From Felis catus (lineage: Eukaryota), in the NCBI RefSeq assembly GCF_018350175.1, contig NC_058368.1, positions 203,114,001 to 203,178,000 on the forward strand: DNA of 64,000 nucleotides, in the 5' to 3' direction. The notes beneath the pieces were generated by a model that was given only the letters and a program-made list of their open reading frames with translations, made no database searches and was not told the origin of the DNA. The position numbers were made by a program, and so were the translations under genes. Positions 12,140-25,080 of this stretch are shown one piece after another (position 1 is the stretch's first letter; each line of letters starts with the position of its first letter).

Positions 12140-12500
12140 ATTTTTGAATTGAGTTTCTTGGTTTTCTTAGGTATTCATTTATATCATCTGAAAACAAAAC
12201 TTGTTTTTACTACTCTGATTCCATGTAGTGCCCTATTCCATTCCCTAGAATCACCAAAACAATGTTGAATAATCACAGTACCTAGTAGAATTCTTGCCTT
12301 AGTCTTAATTGTAATTGGAATGTCTTTAGAATTCCACAATATATACTTATCATTGGTTTCTGAAATGTACTCTTAAGGGTGTTTAAGACTTTCATAGACA
12401 CTAATATAATCATGTTTTCTCTCCTTTTTTCCATGAAATAAATTAATTTTCCCAATGTTGAACTATCTTTATATAACTGGAATGTGGAAATATCCCTTAA
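12140..12500 (-). mobile_element. Ancient L1 ORF2 fragment
   Basis: atatcatctgaaaaca and aacaatgttgaataa...ttcttgccttagtcttaat, which are antisense L1 RT-region motifs. Confidence 0.6.
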
Positions 12501-12640
12501 TAATAGTTTACAACCATTAGTCCTCTTGCTCAAAACCATCAACACTATTCACCTCTCTTTCGACATAACTCAAACTGCTCCTTCAAAGATTTCTGAAATT
12601 CTCTTTATTTTCAAGTTCCTTTCTCTTCCAGCCTATAGAT

Positions 12641-12794
12641 TGTGTGCATGAGCAGGGGACGGGCAGAGAGAGAGGGGGAGAGAGAGAATCCCAAGCAGGC
12701 TCCATGCTGTCAGCCTGAGATGGGGCTTAATTTCAGAAACCTGAGCCAAAATCAGGAGTCAGCCCTTAACTGACTGAACCACTCAGAAACCTGG
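12641..12794 (-). mobile_element. Can-SINE lacking its A tail
   Basis: gagaatcccaagcaggctccatgctgtcag...cttaactgactgaaccactcag; no poly-T on the left side. Confidence 0.9.
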
Positions 12795-13628
12795 GAAAGA
12801 AAGAAGACTTACCTGTAGAAAACAAAAAATGAGGAGAGTCCAGCCTCTGATGAAGCAGAAGAGAAAGAAGCCAAGTCTGATTTATATCATAGCCCATGTC
12901 TTATCAGTGGTCCCTGTCTCCCTTCTTGTACAATCCCAAGGAATATTTTTATCAACTATTTTGTAAATTCAACTTTTAAGTAGCTCTAGAATCATTTTTA
13001 AGGAAGGAATCCCACCTCATCCCATTTTTTAAGTGTAATTTATTTTTTAGGAAGTGAAATCATTTGTGGGTTGTGTATTTTTTGGTACAACCAGAAAATA
13101 GTGGGATATTGAATATGGGAAGCTTTGATTGTCATGGATGTCAGCTTAACATTCTATAGATGGGGTAGTCTTTCTAGCCTGTAATGCGGAATCCTAAATG
13201 GCAATTTTGGAGTCAATTGTGCATTGAATATATCTTGAACATTGTTAATTACTTGTATTCACTATTGTTTTTGGTAGAATTGTTTCCTAAAGAAAGCATT
13301 CCTTGATTTTGGTTCTCCTTGTTAGAGTTTTGGGCATTCTGTAGCGTCTTGGTCATGGTAATCCAGGTTTCCTAGTAACTTTCTTAATGTGCTATACAAG
13401 ATTGAAAATTTGAGTATGTAGCATATATGATATTAAAGTGTGAGGGGGCACCTGAGCGGCTCAGTCAGTTAGGTGTCAGACTCTTGATTTCGGCTCAGGT
13501 CATGATCTCATGGGTGAGATTGAGCCCCACATTGGGCTCTGCACTGGGCATGGAGCCTGCTTAAGATTCTCTCTCTCCCTCTGCCCCCCCCCCCCACTTG
13601 CACACACGCATGCACACTCTTCCTCTCA

Positions 13629-13667
<39 letters not shown>

Positions 13668-13919
13668 GAATTAATGGGACTTAACAATGTAACCGTGTAT
13701 CAATGTTTGAAGATATTGGCACTTGATATACTGTTAAGAAAGATTTGCCTCCAAATTTTTAGCTGTGAAGTCACTGGAATAACTCTTAGAAAAGAATCAC
13801 AACTACATGGTTTTTTAGACTTTTGGTACACACATTAAGAATTGTGTACAAACTGAAATGTCTGTACTGATCCTCAGAACAACTAATAAAAACTCAATTA
13901 GGAAAGAAAAAAAAAGAAA
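12795..13919 (+). pseudogene. HMGN1: HMGN1 processed pseudogene (C-terminal CDS remnant, 3'UTR and poly-A), interrupted by a SINE
   Basis: 12800-12881 reads KEDLPVEN, a frameshift, then EESPASDEAEEKEAKSD, matching the HMGN1 C-terminus; the stop is altered to TTA. Following sequence matches the recalled HMGN1 3'UTR (ccatgtcttatcagtggtccctgtctcccttcttgtacaatcc ... gaaatgtctgtactgatcctca), then aataaa and an A tract. Confidence 0.93.
13445..13667 (+). mobile_element. Can-SINE inserted in the HMGN1 retrocopy 3'UTR, (TAAA)n tail
   Basis: SINE head and body; the UTR resumes after the tail. Confidence 0.95.
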
Positions 13920-14009
13920 TTATCATAATTCCTGGCATGTAATAGGTGTTCAGTAAATGCCACAATTTCTTATAGGACACTGCCTTCTGAACTTGATGAT
14001 GTTAAACAA

Positions 14010-14505
14010 GCAAAACAATACAGGCCAGCATCCGTGATGAACATAGATGTAAAAATCCCCCAACAAAATACAGTACTAGCAAACTCAATTCAACTGCACA
14101 TTGAAAGGATCATCTACAATGATTAAGTGGGGCTCATCCCTGAGTTTCAAGGGTGGTTCCACATTTATAAGTCAATAAAAATAACATACCATATTAACAG
14201 AATAAAGGATACAAATCATCTGATCATCACAGTAGATAGGGAAAAGCATTTTACAAAATTCAATATCCTTTCATAATAAAAGCTCTCAACAAATTAAGTA
14301 CAGAAGTAACTCAACATATATGAAAAGCCCACAGTTAATATTTTACTCAATGGTGAGAAGCTGAAAGCTTTTCCTTTAAGATAAGGAACAAGACAAGATG
14401 GCTACTCTTACCACTTCTGTCAACATAATATCACTAGTCCTATCCAGAATAATTAGGCAAAAAAAGGGAAATAAACGTATTCACTTTGGAAAGGAAGAAG
14501 AAGAA
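14010..14505 (+). mobile_element. L1 ORF2 (RT region) fragment, decayed
   Basis: tacaggccagcatccgtgatgaacatagatgtaaaaatcc; aatggtgagaagctgaaagcttttcctttaaga. Confidence 0.9.
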
Positions 14506-15044
14506 TTAATTATATGCATTTCTGATAAAACTATTCCTTGCCTCTTTTGGTTATACTTTTATAGACTAATTTTTATCATTTATTAGTTTTCAAACTTTCT
14601 TTTGTAAGGCATTATCATTTGCTAAAAGCATATAGCTATTAATGTGTTTTTAAATCAAATCTGATAGTCTTGGTCTTCCAGTAGGATAATTAACTTGTTA
14701 CATCTATTCTGATTACTAATATATTTATATTTATTCCTACATTTTTATCTAAGTTTTTTGGTTTGCTATTCTTTTCTTAGTATCTTGTGGGGGTTTTTTT
14801 CTTTCTTTTTCTGCCTTCTGTTGACTTGATAGAAATGTTTTTCCTGGTTTAGAAATTAAACATTGTATTTCTATTATTGTGATAGTTCCATTTCCTTTAA
14901 AATGTTAACATACATATTTAAATTTATTTCTTCCTAATAAAGTCTAAAGTTAATCAATAATTACTACCGTCTTTCAAAAGATTCAAAGATATGTAACAGG
15001 TTGTATTTTCCTCAGGTGCTTACCTGGTTTTTAAACACTCCCTA

Positions 15045-15505
15045 GGGGTGCCTGGGTGACTCAGTCGGTTAAGTGTCCAACTCTTGATTTCTGCTCAGGT
15101 CATGATCTCATGGTTCGTGAATTAAAGCCCCACGTTGGAGGGGCACCTGGGTGGCTCAGTCAGTTGAGCGTCGGACTTCGGCTCAGGTCATGATCTTGCA
15201 GTGTTGGGCCTGAGCCCCGCGTCAGGCTCTGTGCTGACAGCTCAGAGCCTGGAGCCTGCTTCAGATTCTGTGTCTCCCTCTCCCTGCCAACCCCACACTC
15301 TGTCTCTCTCTCCTTCAAATAAATAAATAAACAAACAAACAAACAAACATTAAAAAAATTTTTTTAAAGCCCCACGTTGGAATCTGTGGTGACAGTGCAG
15401 AGCCTGCTTAGGATTTTCTTTCTCCCTGTCTCTCTGCCCCTCCCTGGCTTACTCTTTATCTTTCTCTCAAAATAAATAAAAATAAACTCTAAAATATCAT
15501 ACACG
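15045..15505 (+). mobile_element. Can-SINE (outer, older), split by a second SINE
   Basis: Head 15045-15139; body resumes at 15382; TSD taaa(ca/tg)ctcccta. Confidence 0.95.
15140..15363 (+). mobile_element. Can-SINE (inner, nested)
   Basis: Perfect flanking duplication ttaaagccccacgttgga at 15122-15139 and 15364-15381. Confidence 0.97.
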
Positions 15506-17982
15506 TAAATGCTCCCTAAAGAGTTATTAGTGATTAATATAACTTTGGTATTTTTATGTTTGTTAGGTCAATTGCTATGTTCACTACTTTTTCCTCACTT
15601 TCCAAACTTTTCTTATTAATTTAATTTTCTTCCTGCTAAAGTATATCCCTCAGCATGTCTTTCAGTGAGGGTCTACAGGCAACATTTTATTTTTGCTTTT
15701 ATGTTTATAAATATGTCTTTAATCCTTCCTTTTGCCTAATAGTTTAGTCAGGTATAGAGTTTTATTCCCCAGCAATTTGAAATGTTATTTTATTGTCTTC
15801 AAGCATCTTTCGCTCCTAATGTGAAATATGATATTCATCCAATTATGTCTCTTTATAATCTGTCATTTCTCTCCTGTGTCTTTCCATCTTTCTTATCTTT
15901 GACATCTTATAGTTTCAGAATACTGTGTCTAGTTATATGGACCTGACATGTTTGCTTCCAACCTGAAAAGTCATTTTTCTCTGCAAATAGGAAACAATTT
16001 TCATCAATATTTTTAGAATAGTGTCTGTCTCTTCTCAATTCTCTCTTGGAGTCTAAATTTAATGAATGCTGGCTAACAGCATGTAATTCCTTTTTTCGGG
16101 TGATTTCCTCAAACCTGTCTAGCATTTTACTAGTGTTTTCTTCAGCTGTGTATTGTTTAACCCACATGAAGTTTTTATTTCCCGGTGTGTAGGTACACAT
16201 GATTTCTAGAATTTTTGTCTCTTATTTTTTGCACATTTCTTTTTTTAGAGAATTCAAAGTTTCCAGGCCCCTGACCCTGACAATAGTCAATGCTCACTGA
16301 CATTTAAATACCAACCATCTTTTAAGAATAAATGCTTCAACTATCCCCATGGGCTGAAATAGTTTGTTTATAACTCACTTCTTTAGCTATAAGCATCCTC
16401 AATATCTCAGTGACTTGGTAATTTTGAGTTTAACTTTTTTAATGTTCTGATATTTGTTCAACTTTTGTGTGTTTTGTGGGTGGAGCCATGGGGACATATC
16501 TTGAGATCTTTGTCAGCTAAATTGAACAACAATTTCCCCACATAGAATAAGTCAAATATTTTAAAACCTACCAGTCACCCATATTTTCTCATAAGAACAT
16601 ATCATTATCTGTCTATCTATAGTTATATATATAAAGTCATTTATAGCTACACGACTCTATTTTTGTCTAGCACAACATAACTTCAGGGATAAAATTTTAT
16701 ATCCTGAGCTTAAAGATAAAGTTAACCTAACCAAGTTAGTACAAAATTCTATGAGGGCAGTGTTCACTGACAAAACTTTAAGATGGGTATGATTATTTTG
16801 CAATTCTCTTTAGCCAGTGTCTTATTTAGCTGGATTTCCTACTATACAAAATCGATGTCTACTTTATAGAAGTCTTCATTTTGTTATTGTCATCCTTTTG
16901 ATGGACTAAGTAACAATATTACTGTAGACCAAGATCAGATGGATTGTTTCATTAGGCAAACCACGAGAATGAGTTAATTATACAGTTAAAACAATACCAA
17001 TACCAGCATTCTGAATTCATGAATATGCTAATTTGTTTAGTTCAATTTATCTAAAGAATTACGTATAATCACATCTGGTAAACTCTGAAGTTTAAGAAAC
17101 AATTCTAAACATTTTCATTCAAATAATTGCTCACCACCATGAGTACATCTGTCAATTACTTGTTAATTGACTGAAAACAGGACTACATAACTATGCCATC
17201 TGTCACTAACACTCTGTCCAAATACCACTTGATCCCTTAGTGTTAAATGCCAATTGACCTCTTCATTCAACTAGTAAATTTTATGTGTTTGAGTCAATTA
17301 TGCCTCTTTGCCACTCTTTTATACTCCTCACACATCTGGATTTATTTTTGCCAGAGCAATAATTGGGTTAATAAACATCAAAACTTACATCATTCAACTA
17401 CTATAGTCCATTTCAATCTAAACATAGCTTTAAAATAGATCCATTTGACCCTCTATTATTTTGTTTAGTAGTCAGTGTAATTTTTTATTATTTATAGTTT
17501 TTAAAGCCAGATTGATAGAAATATTTTTAAATACCAATACCTAGTACTAACATCGTTGAAAATCTAGTAGGAATAAAATAAAAATATAAAAAATCTTCAA
17601 TGTCATTTTGATAAAAGCATTGAAAACGAAACAACTTTGTATTTATTTAAGCGATGAAATAAAGGGGTGTTCAAGCTTCACATGTGGAGATGTTTTTATC
17701 CTTTTTCTAACTCATGGGATTCTGTACAAATTATTCTCATTAAAGTTAATGATAATCTTGATTGTAACTTCCCTAGGGTCTCAGTGGGAAATTACAGGCT
17801 GGCATTTCTAAACTTATCTAAAGATAAAGACAACATCCAAATTATTCTATAGCATGGTTATCCACTACTTACAAGCTATAGTTTACTGGAAAGGTTTTAA
17901 TGCTCTTGTATATATGACACACGAGTAAATCATCATTCACAACTGGCCTTACAAATGTTGTACCAAAAGTGAGGTATCTCAT

Positions 17983-18424
17983 TATAGCAGATACAGCGTT
18001 GTGCTGTTCTGAAATCCTCCTGAAGACTGAAACACTCATTTCTTCCATTGCTGGGAAGGTTGATGTTTAACAGCTCTCTGCTTAATCTCTTTGCAGGAAT
18101 TAGCCTCAGCCAAAGAGAGAAGACTGGCCCACGGTCAATCCCCTCCTCAAGGGTAGCCTCCATTCAATAACTGGTAGATACAGGAGAGAAAATCCTGGTT
18201 CCTTCTCTCAAAAACATAAAAACTCTGAAGGGCCATCCCAGAGGGAAGGCTTTCTGTAGGACTGAGTCCACAGTTACAACTGGATCATAGCCTACCTTCT
18301 TAATCTGCTCAGTATTGCTCCAATCACATTTCCTACTTGTTCCCAAGAGGAATCCCCAATAAGCCTCCTGCATGTAAATCTCAGAATCTCAGAGTCTGTT
18401 CCTTGGAGAACCTGTCCTATGGCA
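17983..18424 (+). mobile_element. ERVL solo LTR (LTR16-like)
   Basis: 3' end caataagcctcctgcatgtaaatctc...ctcagagtctgttccttggagaacc matches recalled LTR16. Confidence 0.75.
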
Positions 18425-19333
18425 CTAGGTTTCCTGGATTTATGTGACATTTCAGTGACGGCAATGTAACATCTCATGTTCTATATGATAAAAGCTTCAC
18501 AGTCATCAGAAGGAGCTAGAAAGAAAACTGAAAGACCTGGGTACTGTAACCTGGTAATCTGGGGACATTTCGAAACACTTTTTCACTTATCGGCAGAAAT
18601 CTGTTTTAGAAGCATTCACGAAGCTTGTTTTCTCAAAACAGCAGGTGGAATTTCTACTAAAGGAATGTAGCAATACACCAGATAAACTGGAAATGAAAAT
18701 GGTACATTTTGTAGCATTTAATTAGCTATAGTATTTGCATTTTCCCTGAATACATGTGATAATTTGTCAGAATATACTTCATTTTTAAAAAAAAAAAAAA
18801 AGGAGGAAAGAAATACCATACATAGTATATTAATCAAAACATTTAGTGTAGGATAACTCTAACTTTGTTATATGAAAATGCACAAATACATAACACCTCA
18901 TGCTCTAGCCAGTGAAGTAGGATGGAGGTAAAGAGAGTTAAATTAAATCTAAATCTATTCCATGACAATCTGATCTCCACCAGGGCTGCTGAAATGGTAG
19001 ATCATTTTTGTACTTGCTGATATGGCGAAGAAAAGTAGCAGATCTATTTGAAATTCCATTTAAAGACTCCTAGATTCTGGGTCACTTCAGCACCTGACTC
19101 CTATACAATTTGGGAATCTCTAACAAAGTAGCTCATTTATACCACCTAAGCACGGTTTCAGTCACAAATTCCACAATTGTAATTTGTTATATAAACAAGG
19201 TCGATCAAGCAAAATATAAACATACTTCCAGATGTTTCACTGATTTTAGTCATCGGGAAAGCAAAAGCTCCCCATTGATGAATTGGAAACTGATAAATCT
19301 GCATTACAAACGCTCAGAATTTGTCTACTCAGA

Positions 19334-19334
<1 letters not shown>

Positions 19335-19367
<33 letters not shown>
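19335..19367. repeat. (CA)n microsatellite
   Basis: Direct inspection. Confidence 0.95.
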
Positions 19368-19368
<1 letters not shown>

Positions 19369-20149
19369 GCATTTTTGCTTTTCTAAGGAGTAGAGAATAA
19401 ACTTACTAGCCAGTATCTGTGATTAATCACCAACAGCTGTGCATTATATAACTCTACATATGGACCAGAGACACCAATGCTAGGAGCCCAGTATCTTATT
19501 AATCATGCTTAAGGTTTGAGGGTATATTGATGAACACATTTCTGTTGATGAACAAATGTAATCTATTGAATTAACACTCTGCAGCTGAAGTTTGTCTTTC
19601 TTTCATCTTTACCAGTAGCGAAGACAAAAACATAGCATTATAAACAGCATTTGTCTATAAATTCATTCTATTAAAGATAAGCAGTAATATTTTTATAATA
19701 GATCTGTTCTATGTGTGTAGTATTATATTAAATCTTGAATCTACCAAAACTGAATATAAAGCCCTATAACTTACACTTGTCATTGACTTAATTTCTTATG
19801 CCAAATTAGAAGGAGCAATTAGAGGCTTATTCTTGAGTCAACAGACAGCTAAATTAATGTTGCTAGCTATAATGATAATCAGGCAAGGACATTATGATAG
19901 AGATTTATATGTCCCCAATTACTAAAAAATGAATACAAAACCCAGACCACTGAAGATAAAGCATGAGCTTCAAACTTTGTGACCAGACAAAATATAACTA
20001 AAAATGATAGCAAATTTTGTGATAACTATCAGATCATATGATCTCACTTATACATCTTATTTTTAGACTTTATTGTTTTCTTTTAGGGCATTGCCTTTGA
20101 AAGATTACGATCTGCAAATAATTCTTCAAGAAGAATGTGTTTGCAGCTC

Positions 20150-20530
20150 CCCCCATGTGCCTAGCATTACATCGTCATGGGAGGCACTAAGGTGATTAAC
20201 ACAAAATCTTGCCCTCAAGGAGCTTCCAGTCAGGAAGAAGTAAGATAAGAAATAATGGCAATAAAATAAGGATAAGTACTAATTAAGGCACAGATTACTA
20301 TAAAAGCACAGAAAATAGGGAGTTAATTCTGCCAAGGTCAAGGGAAAGTGTGGATATGGTTAGGACATGTGAAAGGGAGAGTAAACAGAATTTTCTAGTC
20401 AAGATGTGGAAGGGAACTCCAGGTAAAGAAGCACAAGGGGCTAAATCATGGAGGCAGGACATATATGGCAAATTCTAGAATGAACCAAAGAAAAGTGAGG
20501 GAAAGGTGAGGTTGGAAAAGCCTGTATTAA
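20150..20530 (-). mobile_element. L2 fragment
   Basis: cttgccctcaaggagcttccagtc followed by purine-rich L2-type sequence. Confidence 0.6.
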
Positions 20531-20719
20531 AGTTTAGTGGTATCTACTCTCATACATTCCATGCAATCTTTCAATTTTTCATGACCTTTATATTAAAATA
20601 TAGTTTCAAACAATTAATTAGTAATGACAGCTCAAAATCAACCCGGTCACTAAATCTCCCCCCCCCCCAAAATTGTCAATCAACTTTATAATTACTTGAT
20701 CTCTGAGCATCTCACTAAG

Positions 20720-20880
20720 ATGCAGTGTATCACAGAATTCTACTGAGTTGAGAATTAGGAGATGTGGGTCCCTTCTGTAGTCTAGATAAATCATGTCACT
20801 TCACTGAATGTCAGTTTTTTACTCATCAGCAAAATGCTGGTTTGAGATACAATTTTGCCTTAAGATCTCTTGCAGCTCTG
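20720..20880 (+). mobile_element. MIR fragment
   Basis: gtcacttcactgaatgtcagttttttactcatcagcaaaatg core. Confidence 0.55.
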
Positions 20881-21309
20881 AGAGACTGATTACTATTGAA
20901 CTGAGTTTCAACCCTAAAAGAAAATCCATTAAAAGGGAAATTGTTTTCCTAAAAAAGAAAAAGGCAAGTTAAGTGAAAATACAACAGGCAAGGATTCAGA
21001 GGTCAAGTGGAGAACATACTCTATATGAGTTGGAAATGCCATACCTCTTAAAAAGTTAACAATTTCTGCTAAATGGCAAATCCTGCTTTTTCCAAAGGCT
21101 GCATGTAGAAAATTCTTTGAAGGTAATTTGAAGTATATTCTTACATTTCTCCTTTCGCATATATAAAATAGAGAAAGAGGGGGTAGGGGAGCATCTAAAC
21201 TCTCCAGGGGATTTTGATAAACAAGCTTGCTAAAAGTTGGCAACACATTCTTATAAAAGGCACTATGGGAAGAGAAAACAGATGCACTGCCTTTCTCTCC
21301 TCGCTCCAT

Positions 21310-21492
21310 GACTTCTCAGTTGCATGATCCTGTACAAACACTACACCTTCGTCCTCACCCTCAGTTTCCGGATATGCAACAATGGGGCACAAATGCTGAA
21401 CCTACTCCCTGGAGTCATAGTGAGGCATGCAAGGGACAGTCTCTGTAATAAGTTAGCAGCTCTGGCGAAGGTGTGGGTGCTTAGTAAATACT
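21310..21492 (+). mobile_element. MIR fragment
   Basis: cctcagtttcc...aatgggg core; gtgcttagtaaata end. Confidence 0.55.
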
Positions 21493-24034
21493 AATCCATA
21501 ATGATTCATAATAATACATAAATTCTAATTCATGATGATTCATATGCTTCTTATGATAAAGCAGAAGGAATCACATATCATGTTGTATTAGGCTTCATCT
21601 TATATCAGGAAGTGCTGTCGTTTTTAGATGAGGCCTAATTTAGGCTCTTCAAAAACAATTTTAAAATTTGAAATTTCAAAAGAGGGATAAGTTAGAGACA
21701 TGTAAAAATATTTTTCTACTGCCCTCCCATTTTCTATTCAAAACAATAGCCAGATGTTTTGTTACTACATTGATTTTAGACTTCTGTCTGTGAGAGATAA
21801 ATCTATATTTTTGATATATATTTCTTTTCTAGATACAAACAGGATTTTTCTCACAACTAGGTATTGATTTCCAAAGAGGACTATATTCCAACATCTCTCT
21901 TTAAAAAAAAAAAAAAAAAAGTTAAGTACCAGAGCTTCCGGCTAAGAAGGCTCTAGCAGAGTGCCATAAAAATTATAGACAAAGACAGAATTACTCATGG
22001 GTTTGATATTGCATAAAACTGTCTCCTGTAGAGTATTTAATTCATGAGCAATCAATCATGATTTGGAAGGGATCTCTCTTCTAGTTCCATATGTGGTAAC
22101 AATTTAGTCATCTCCTAGTTATCTGAACTATTATTAAAGAGAAACAGGTATGTGTAATCGTAATCTTAAAAGGGAAGTATTCAGAGATAGCATCTCTTGT
22201 ATGAAATGTCATTTCAGTCATTTTCAGGGTATTCCAGGTATCACGGGAGGAGCACAAAAGCAGAAGATCTAGTCATTTTGCCTAAGAGCTTGTCATGAAG
22301 TAGGACACGTAAGACATTTACTAAAGGTAAGGGCAAAACACGACAGTATGATAGAAAGCCTGTAAGTGGAACTGGTAATAAATGCTATGTGAGAGCAGAG
22401 GAAGATGTCCTGTCAGGCTATGTGATCAAAACAGTCTTTATAAATGTGATAGGGCTTGAACTTGGTCTGAAATGATGAGTAGGATATTGACAGATGGTGA
22501 GGAGGACAAATGGCAAGCAATACAGGTAAATAGGATAGCAGAAGCTATTTTATGACTATGTGGAGAACTGTAAATTCTAAAAGGAATTTAGACCTAAAAC
22601 CAAGGTAGCCAATTAGTTAAGGCTTCTGGAATTCTCAACATAGGGAACTTCTAAAGGAACCTGGAACAGTGCCAAGTACTTATGAGGCTCAAACATACTG
22701 ATATGTGATTTAAACTACACATTTTACACACAAGAATTATAAGACTTGAAATACAATATTCCATCACACACTGAAATATCTGAACAGAGTATCTATTCAT
22801 TGGCTTAGGGGAAAAATGGTTTTCTGATTATGGAGTAGAGCAGACAGAGTGGATTATCGAAGGAATATATGCAATATATATGTGTTCAGTCCTTTCTACA
22901 AATTCTGCATAGCCCTAAATAAGTGGATAAACAGGTCTTTGGTACTTTGCCAAAAACTGCTTTTCCACTCCAAATGACATATTGTTTTGAAACTTCTCAT
23001 CTTTTTGTCTTCTGTAAATTTTCCTAACTGCCACTTTTTAAGCAGGTCTTTCTATGGAGTGCCTTAACTAGAGAATTTTCAGAAGAATGTGGTTTCTTTC
23101 AGCCAACCTAAAAAAAAGTTTACTTTACAAATAAATATGCACTTCAAAGAACCTCTTTTAAAATCTTCTCTTAAATAACAGAACCTCTTTCTTTTTAACT
23201 TTATGTCAGGTTGACATCAAAAGCATAAGATTATTGAATTGTTTTTCCTGTTCGGAACAACTCAGCTGGCAGTCACTAATATAATTTGTTTCAAAGACTT
23301 AGGAGACAAATAGAAGAGGTTTATTTAGGCTAATTTCCTTCTCCAAGGACAATCTAAGAGAGTCTTTCCTGGGGACAATGGACAGTGCCTACATAAGACA
23401 ATGTCCATCTAACTTGAGGGCAAGACAATGAGTGTGCCCATGCCAAAATAATCCATCTGTATCCTGCTGTTTTAATTACTGGGAACTGCAGTTCAAATGA
23501 CACAAATAACAATGTTATAACTTAAGAAGGGGAAAAATTATCTTAATTGACCTTGGTAGAATTTCTCTGTCTTAAAATAGATGAAGTGCATGAAGTTTTG
23601 CAGGTAGTATTAACTCTGTTCTAATTAGACTGTTTGTCCTGAGAAACTGATAAACAATAGCATAATAAGAAAATTTAAAAACAAGTTATTCAACAGATAG
23701 ATGATTATTTATAACAACTTTTTTGTTTGTTCTGCTCATTTTATTTCATCTGTCTTTTGTTAATTTCCCCTTTATCCTATAAAAGATTCCTCATGTTTTT
23801 TAAACTTTTTCTTAATTCAATATACAATTAAAATTTATATCTCCTTTTTAAATGCATGTATAAAGGTTTAATGTGTAACATATAACTTGTTACAGAATTA
23901 TCCAAGAGCAAATGGTAAGTCAAATGATAAATAATAACATTATATAAAACAATAAAATTGTACCAAGTAGCATTACTTATAGTCACAGGCTGGAGAACTT
24001 TTTCTGGACAAAGCAAGATAATAAATATTTTAGA

Positions 24035-25036
24035 CCCATAACCAGTAAAGAAATCAAATTAGTAATCAACAATCTCCCAAAAACAAGAGTCCAGGGCCAG
24101 ATGGCTTTCCAGGGGAATTCTACCAAACATTTAAGAAAGAGTTAACACCTATTCTCTTGAAGCTGTTCCAAAAAATAGAAATGGAAGGAAAACTTCCAAA
24201 CTCTATGAAGCCAACATTACCTTGATTCCAACACCAGACAAAGACACCACTAAAAATGAGAACTATAGACAAACTTCCCTGATGAAAAAGGATGCAAAAA
24301 TCCTCAACAAGATACAAGCCAACCAGATCCAACAATACTTTAAAAAATTATTCACCACGACCAAGTGGGATTTGTACCTGGGATGCAGGGCTGGTTCAAT
24401 ATCTGCAAAACAATCAATGTGATTCATCACATCAATAAAAGAAAGGACAAGAACCACATGATCCTCTCAATAGATGCAGAGAAAGCATCCTTTCTTGATA
24501 AAAACTTTTAAGAAAGTAGGGATAGAAGGATCATACCTCGATATCATAAAAGGCATATATGAAAGACCCAACACTAATATCATCCTCAATGGGGAAAAAC
24601 TGAGAGCTTTCCCCCTAAGGTCAGGAACAAGACAGGGATGTCCACTCTCACCAGTGTTATTCAACATAGTATTGGAAATCTTAGCCTCAGCAATCAGACA
24701 ACACAAAGAAAAGGCATCCAAATCAGCCAGGAGGAAATGAAACTCTCACTCTTTAGAGATGACAGGATACTCTATATGGAAAACCCAAAAGATTCCACCA
24801 AAAAACTGCTAGAACTGATCCATGAATTCAGCAAAGTGTCAGGATATAAAACCAATGCACAGAAATCGGTTGCATTCCTATACACCAATAATGAAGCAAC
24901 AGAAAGAGAAATCAAGGAATCAATCCCATTTACAATTATACCAAAACCCATAAAATACATAGGAATAAATCTAACCAAAGAGGTGAAAAATCTATATGCT
25001 GAAAGCTATAGAAAGCTTGTGAAATAAATTGAAGAA

Positions 25037-25080
<44 letters not shown>

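Larger units (their letters stand above)
14570..16230 (-). mobile_element. Ancient L1M ORF1/5' ORF2 relic, interrupted by nested SINEs
   Basis: T-rich antisense L1 motifs such as aatcaaatctgatagtct, tctttcagtgagggtctac and atagtttagtcaggtataga. Confidence 0.55.

Noticed and set aside
12800..12884. Functional HMGN1 last exon(s)
   Set aside because: Frameshift, lost stop codon, no acceptor, genomic poly-A and a SINE in the UTR all indicate a retrocopy.
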